A stretch of 64,000 bases of DNA from contig RDEW01000089.1 in the NCBI GenBank assembly GCA_011109175.1, positions 27,405-91,404 of the forward strand, in the 5' to 3' direction. Positions within the stretch are counted from its first letter, which is position 1. Each line of letters begins with the position of its first letter. The DNA is from Dicyema japonicum. Taxonomy: Eukaryota; Animalia; Dicyemida. The notes beneath the pieces were generated by a model. That model had not been told where the DNA came from and ran no database searches. It saw only the letters and a program-made list of their open reading frames with translations. The translations under genes were made by a program, and so were the position numbers. Below, piece after piece: positions 60,374 through 64,000 of this stretch.

Positions 60374-62112
60374 NNNNNNNNNNNNNNNNNNNNNNNNNNN
60401 NNNNNNNNNNNNNNNNNNNNNNNNNNNNNNNNNNNNNNNNNNNNNNNNNNNNNNNNNNNNNNNNNNNNNNNNNNNNNNNNNNNNNNNNNNNNNNNNNNNN
60501 NNNNNNNNNNNNNNNNNNNNNNNNNNNNNNNNNNNNNNNNNNNNNNNNNNNNNNNNNNNNNNNNNNNNNNNNNNNNNNNNNNNNNNNNNNNNNNNNNNNN
60601 NNNNNNNNNNNNNNNNNNNNNNNNNNNNNNNNNNNNNNNNNNNNNNNNNNNNNNNNNNNNNNNNNNNNNNNNNNNNNNNNNNNNNNNNNNNNNNNNNNNN
60701 NNNNNNNNNNNNNNNNNNNNNNNNNNNNNNNNNNNNNNNNNNNNNNNNNNNNNNNNNNNNNNNNNNNNNNNNNNNNNNNNNNNNNNNNNNNNNNNNNNNN
60801 NNNNNNNNNNNNNNNNNNNNNNNNNNNNNNNNNNNNNNNNNNNNNNNNNNNNNNNNNNNNNNNNNNNNNNNNNNNNNNNNNNNNNNNNNNNNNNNNNNNN
60901 NNNNNNNNNNNNNNNNNNNNNNNNNNNNNNNNNNNNNCTTTCGCTCCTTCAACATTATCGGAGCGCGGTATATTGTTGAAGCGGGAATCGCTTCGGTCCT
61001 AAAAAAATTTGGACGCCTTGATACACTAAAAAGCCACGACGCACGTGAGACTGGAAGGTTCTCCAATTGATCTCTTTCATGATCGCGAAAAGCGACTCAA
61101 CGTCAATTATGTCGGCGGGGATCGATTTTGATTAATTTTAATATTTTTGAGCAAATTAAATAAATTGTACCAAAAAACACCGTAATAACTAGAATGAAAA
61201 AATTCAGGTTATCCCGGTCTCTCTTAAAAGTCTTCGCATGCTCTGACTTAAAGGAAGTGCAGTCTAGGGTGGACTACTCTGGATGGTTGTTGACTAATGG
61301 TCTTTTTGGATATAATTTAGGATCATTGGTGAACCACATGACGCACGACAACGATTTAAGCTCCCTAGAGACAAAAGGGAAGAGAAGGAACAAAAGAAAC
61401 AAACAAAAATATTCAATTTAGGAGGCCGCATTGCACAACTCTTGGCATTTTCTTTGATTTTTATGTTTAATAAAGTTTGTTATTATTTGAATTATATATC
61501 AGAGAGTTGTTCAATAAATCTCCAACACTATTCATTGATCATTAAGCAATTTTATGCAATAAAATTTATTCAGGTGTTACAAACTTGAATGGGTTTACTT
61601 ACATTGTTCCTAAAAAGTAAAAAATCATAATGACTGCTTTGAATATTTTTAAAGTATCTGTGGGGATGGATTATTGTATCTCCGTTTCCTCACAATTGAA
61701 GTTGCATTTTGTCATTCTTATGGCCGCTATTGTCCACCATCTCACCTGAAGATTCTTCTGAACTTGTAACGAACTTACCCTCAATTCCTCCAATATCATG
61801 AATTTGATGATTTTGAGCGTCAAATACGGCAACTGCTTACGACTCTCAAACCTGCAAATTAAGAGAGGTTATATTCATGCAGGAAGACTTTTAGGAAAGG
61901 ACTTTCCTCAGTCACTTCAATAGTGAACTGATGCTCTTCTAGTTCTTACAGCAATGTGTCTCCACAGCAATGTGGGTGAAGTGGGATTGGCATGGATGAC
62001 AGATGGCTCAATGATTTGTTGGAGGAGATAAGGATTAAACAATAAAAAACATATTTCACTTTAATATTCTGAACTTCGCTGAAATCTTTATTTCATAGAT
62101 TTGTTGTCCCAA

Positions 62113-64000
62113 TCTGTTTAGTTAGTTAGTTAGTTAAGAGCTCTTTCGCGTGGCCCTGAAAGGGGTTCGCTTGAGTCATGTTTTGCAGCCATCCTCCTCG
62201 CCATCCTCGCCCACGCCATCTTGTTCCTGGCCCTCATTCGAACATCATCCAGATCGTCCGCTGTCACCAATTTACGATTATTTTGTTCGTAGTCATCTTT
62301 TAAGCAGGTTGGAAGTGTGTGTCTTGGTCTGCCTCGAAATCCGCGACTTCCGGCGTAGTAGAAATATTCTTCCATTATTCTGTTACATGGCGTAGTCGGG
62401 TCCAGTCTGAGGATATGTCCAAATAGTCGCCATCTCGATAAAATAAAATCGGTGCTGAGTGGTCTGGATTTACATCGTGAATATAGATTTTCATTTGAGA
62501 TTTTTCTCGGCCAAAAAATTCCAATCAACATGCGGAGTTTTTTCCTGTGAAAAGTATATAGCTTCTCTAAATCAATTTTAGAACATGCCCATGTTCCGGA
62601 ATTGTATAGCAAAATTGGTTTAACAAACGTGTCGTATAGTCTGACACGAAGTTTCAGTGATACATGTTTTTTCCTTATCCAAATTTGGTACATTTTTTGA
62701 AGTATATGGCAGCCAGCATTTTCCTTCGACAAATATCCTCAGCATCACTTAGCAGTGAGCCGAGTTTTTTGGTATGTCTCCAGCACTCATCGTTCCTTGA
62801 TTCTGCTCGTTCGACTCGTGTATAATCAGTTTTTTTAATGTTTATGCGTAAATCCCAATTGTTAAAAATACGTTCGGCTTGAAGTAAAATTTGGTCAAGT
62901 ATTTCTTGGTCGGTAGACACAAAGTCTACATCATCCGCATAAATTAACTTTGTTATGTCCCGGTATTTAGGACCCATGAGATTTCTCAATTCCTTAAGCG
63001 CAGCTTCGAGGTAAACAATAAATATAATTGGGGACAAGGAATCTCCTTGTGGAGTGCCCATGTTCGTACTGGAACTCTTCGAATGCTTTGTTCCTATTCT
63101 CACGTATAGGTCAGTTTCGGAAAGTAATAAACTTATTAGTCTCAGGCAGTCCTCGTCAAGCAGTTCCTTTAGAACAATCATGAGTTTTTCTATATTGATG
63201 CTGTCAAAAGCCTTCGTTAGATCAATTCCTAGGATGTAGATTACTTTCGTGTATTTTTGACATATTGATGTGAGCCATCGATGACTCCACACAATATCTG
63301 AGGTTGATCTTCCACTTCTAAACCCACTTTGACTTAGGGAAAGGTATTTTTCCACTGGCTCTCGTATACGGTTAAGCACTATGATCGATAAGGTTTTCCT
63401 GATAACTGACAATAGAATAATAGGTCTTAGTCGTCCAACGACCCTTCTTTTTTCCCAGGTTTATGTATTGGAATTAAGACTCCATGTCCCAAAGGAAGTG
63501 GACAGTGAAGTTCCATCGACTCATTTAAGATATTCGTGATTATATTCCCAACAGTAACCGGGGCATGTTTTAGTAACTCACCCGGAATGCCATCATAACC
63601 AGCCGACCGATTTCCCTTTAGATGCATAAATGCATCGGTTACTTCCTTTATTGTAATTTTGTTTGTAAGGGGTCTCGGATATCCAATAAATTTAGGTACA
63701 TTCATCCCTTCAGATTTAAACAACGACTCGAAGTGTCTAGCAATATAATTTGCTTTATCCTCAGGGTTTTGAAATATTGACCTTCGTCGTCACAGACTTT
63801 CAGTGGTTTCTTTGCAGTTCCTCGTGTAAGTAGTCTAACAGCAGAGAACATTCGTCTTCCATACTGACAGTTTTCGATTTCAGTTGCTTTATCGTCCAAA
63901 TATTTGTGCCAAAGATATTTGATCGTCTTCTTATCAGATGCGATATTTGATTGCGTTTTCTCCTTAATGCACATTTATTCGAATTTGAACTTCCCAGTTT
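62113..64000 (-). mobile_element. RTE-clade LINE (RT and 3' end), continues beyond the window
   Basis: QSGFRSGRST, DLTKAFD, GTPQGDSLSP, YADD, SRWRLFGHILR, RGRPR and a (CTAA)n tail. A few frameshifts. Confidence 0.93.

Noticed and set aside
60941-60986. Hairpin CTTCAACA...TGTTGAAG beside the gap
   Set aside because: Short stem at a contig edge with no context. Cannot be assigned beyond a possible TE terminus.
60123-61070. Long ORFs of 214-315 aa in the ORF track
   Set aside because: They consist mostly of the N gap (60374-60937).

Overview
AT-rich eukaryotic (probably metazoan) genomic DNA from a draft scaffold, with two N gaps and seven single-N contig joins. Host genes have ultra-short spliceosomal introns of about 21-31 nt, mostly with GTT donors. 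That architecture resembles reduced parasites such as dicyemids, but the taxon is an inference. Most of the window is transposon debris: RTE, Ingi/I-group, CRE and R4-type non-LTR retrotransposons, hAT and pogo DNA transposons, and two SINE-like families. Recognisable host sequences are partial KLHDC4-like and RWD-domain genes, a CHMP7-like gene, a decayed SMC3 copy, and a ~12-14 kb segmental duplication (offset ~28 kb) carrying a ZYG11/ZER1-like gene and a cathepsin L-like gene, with all four copies frameshifted. The most interesting items are: (i) Ginger-like TGT...ACA TIR transposons with a Gypsy-type integrase remnant and a 5-bp TANTA target duplication; (ii) a conserved 5'-terminal motif shared by divergent RTE families, plus a twin-priming-type 5' inversion; (iii) an RLE retrotransposon resembling microsporidian elements; (iv) a 2A-like motif upstream of a LINE endonuclease; (v) a non-autonomous retroelement sharing its tail with an RNase H-bearing LINE. 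All family assignments come from motif recognition by eye, not from database searches.
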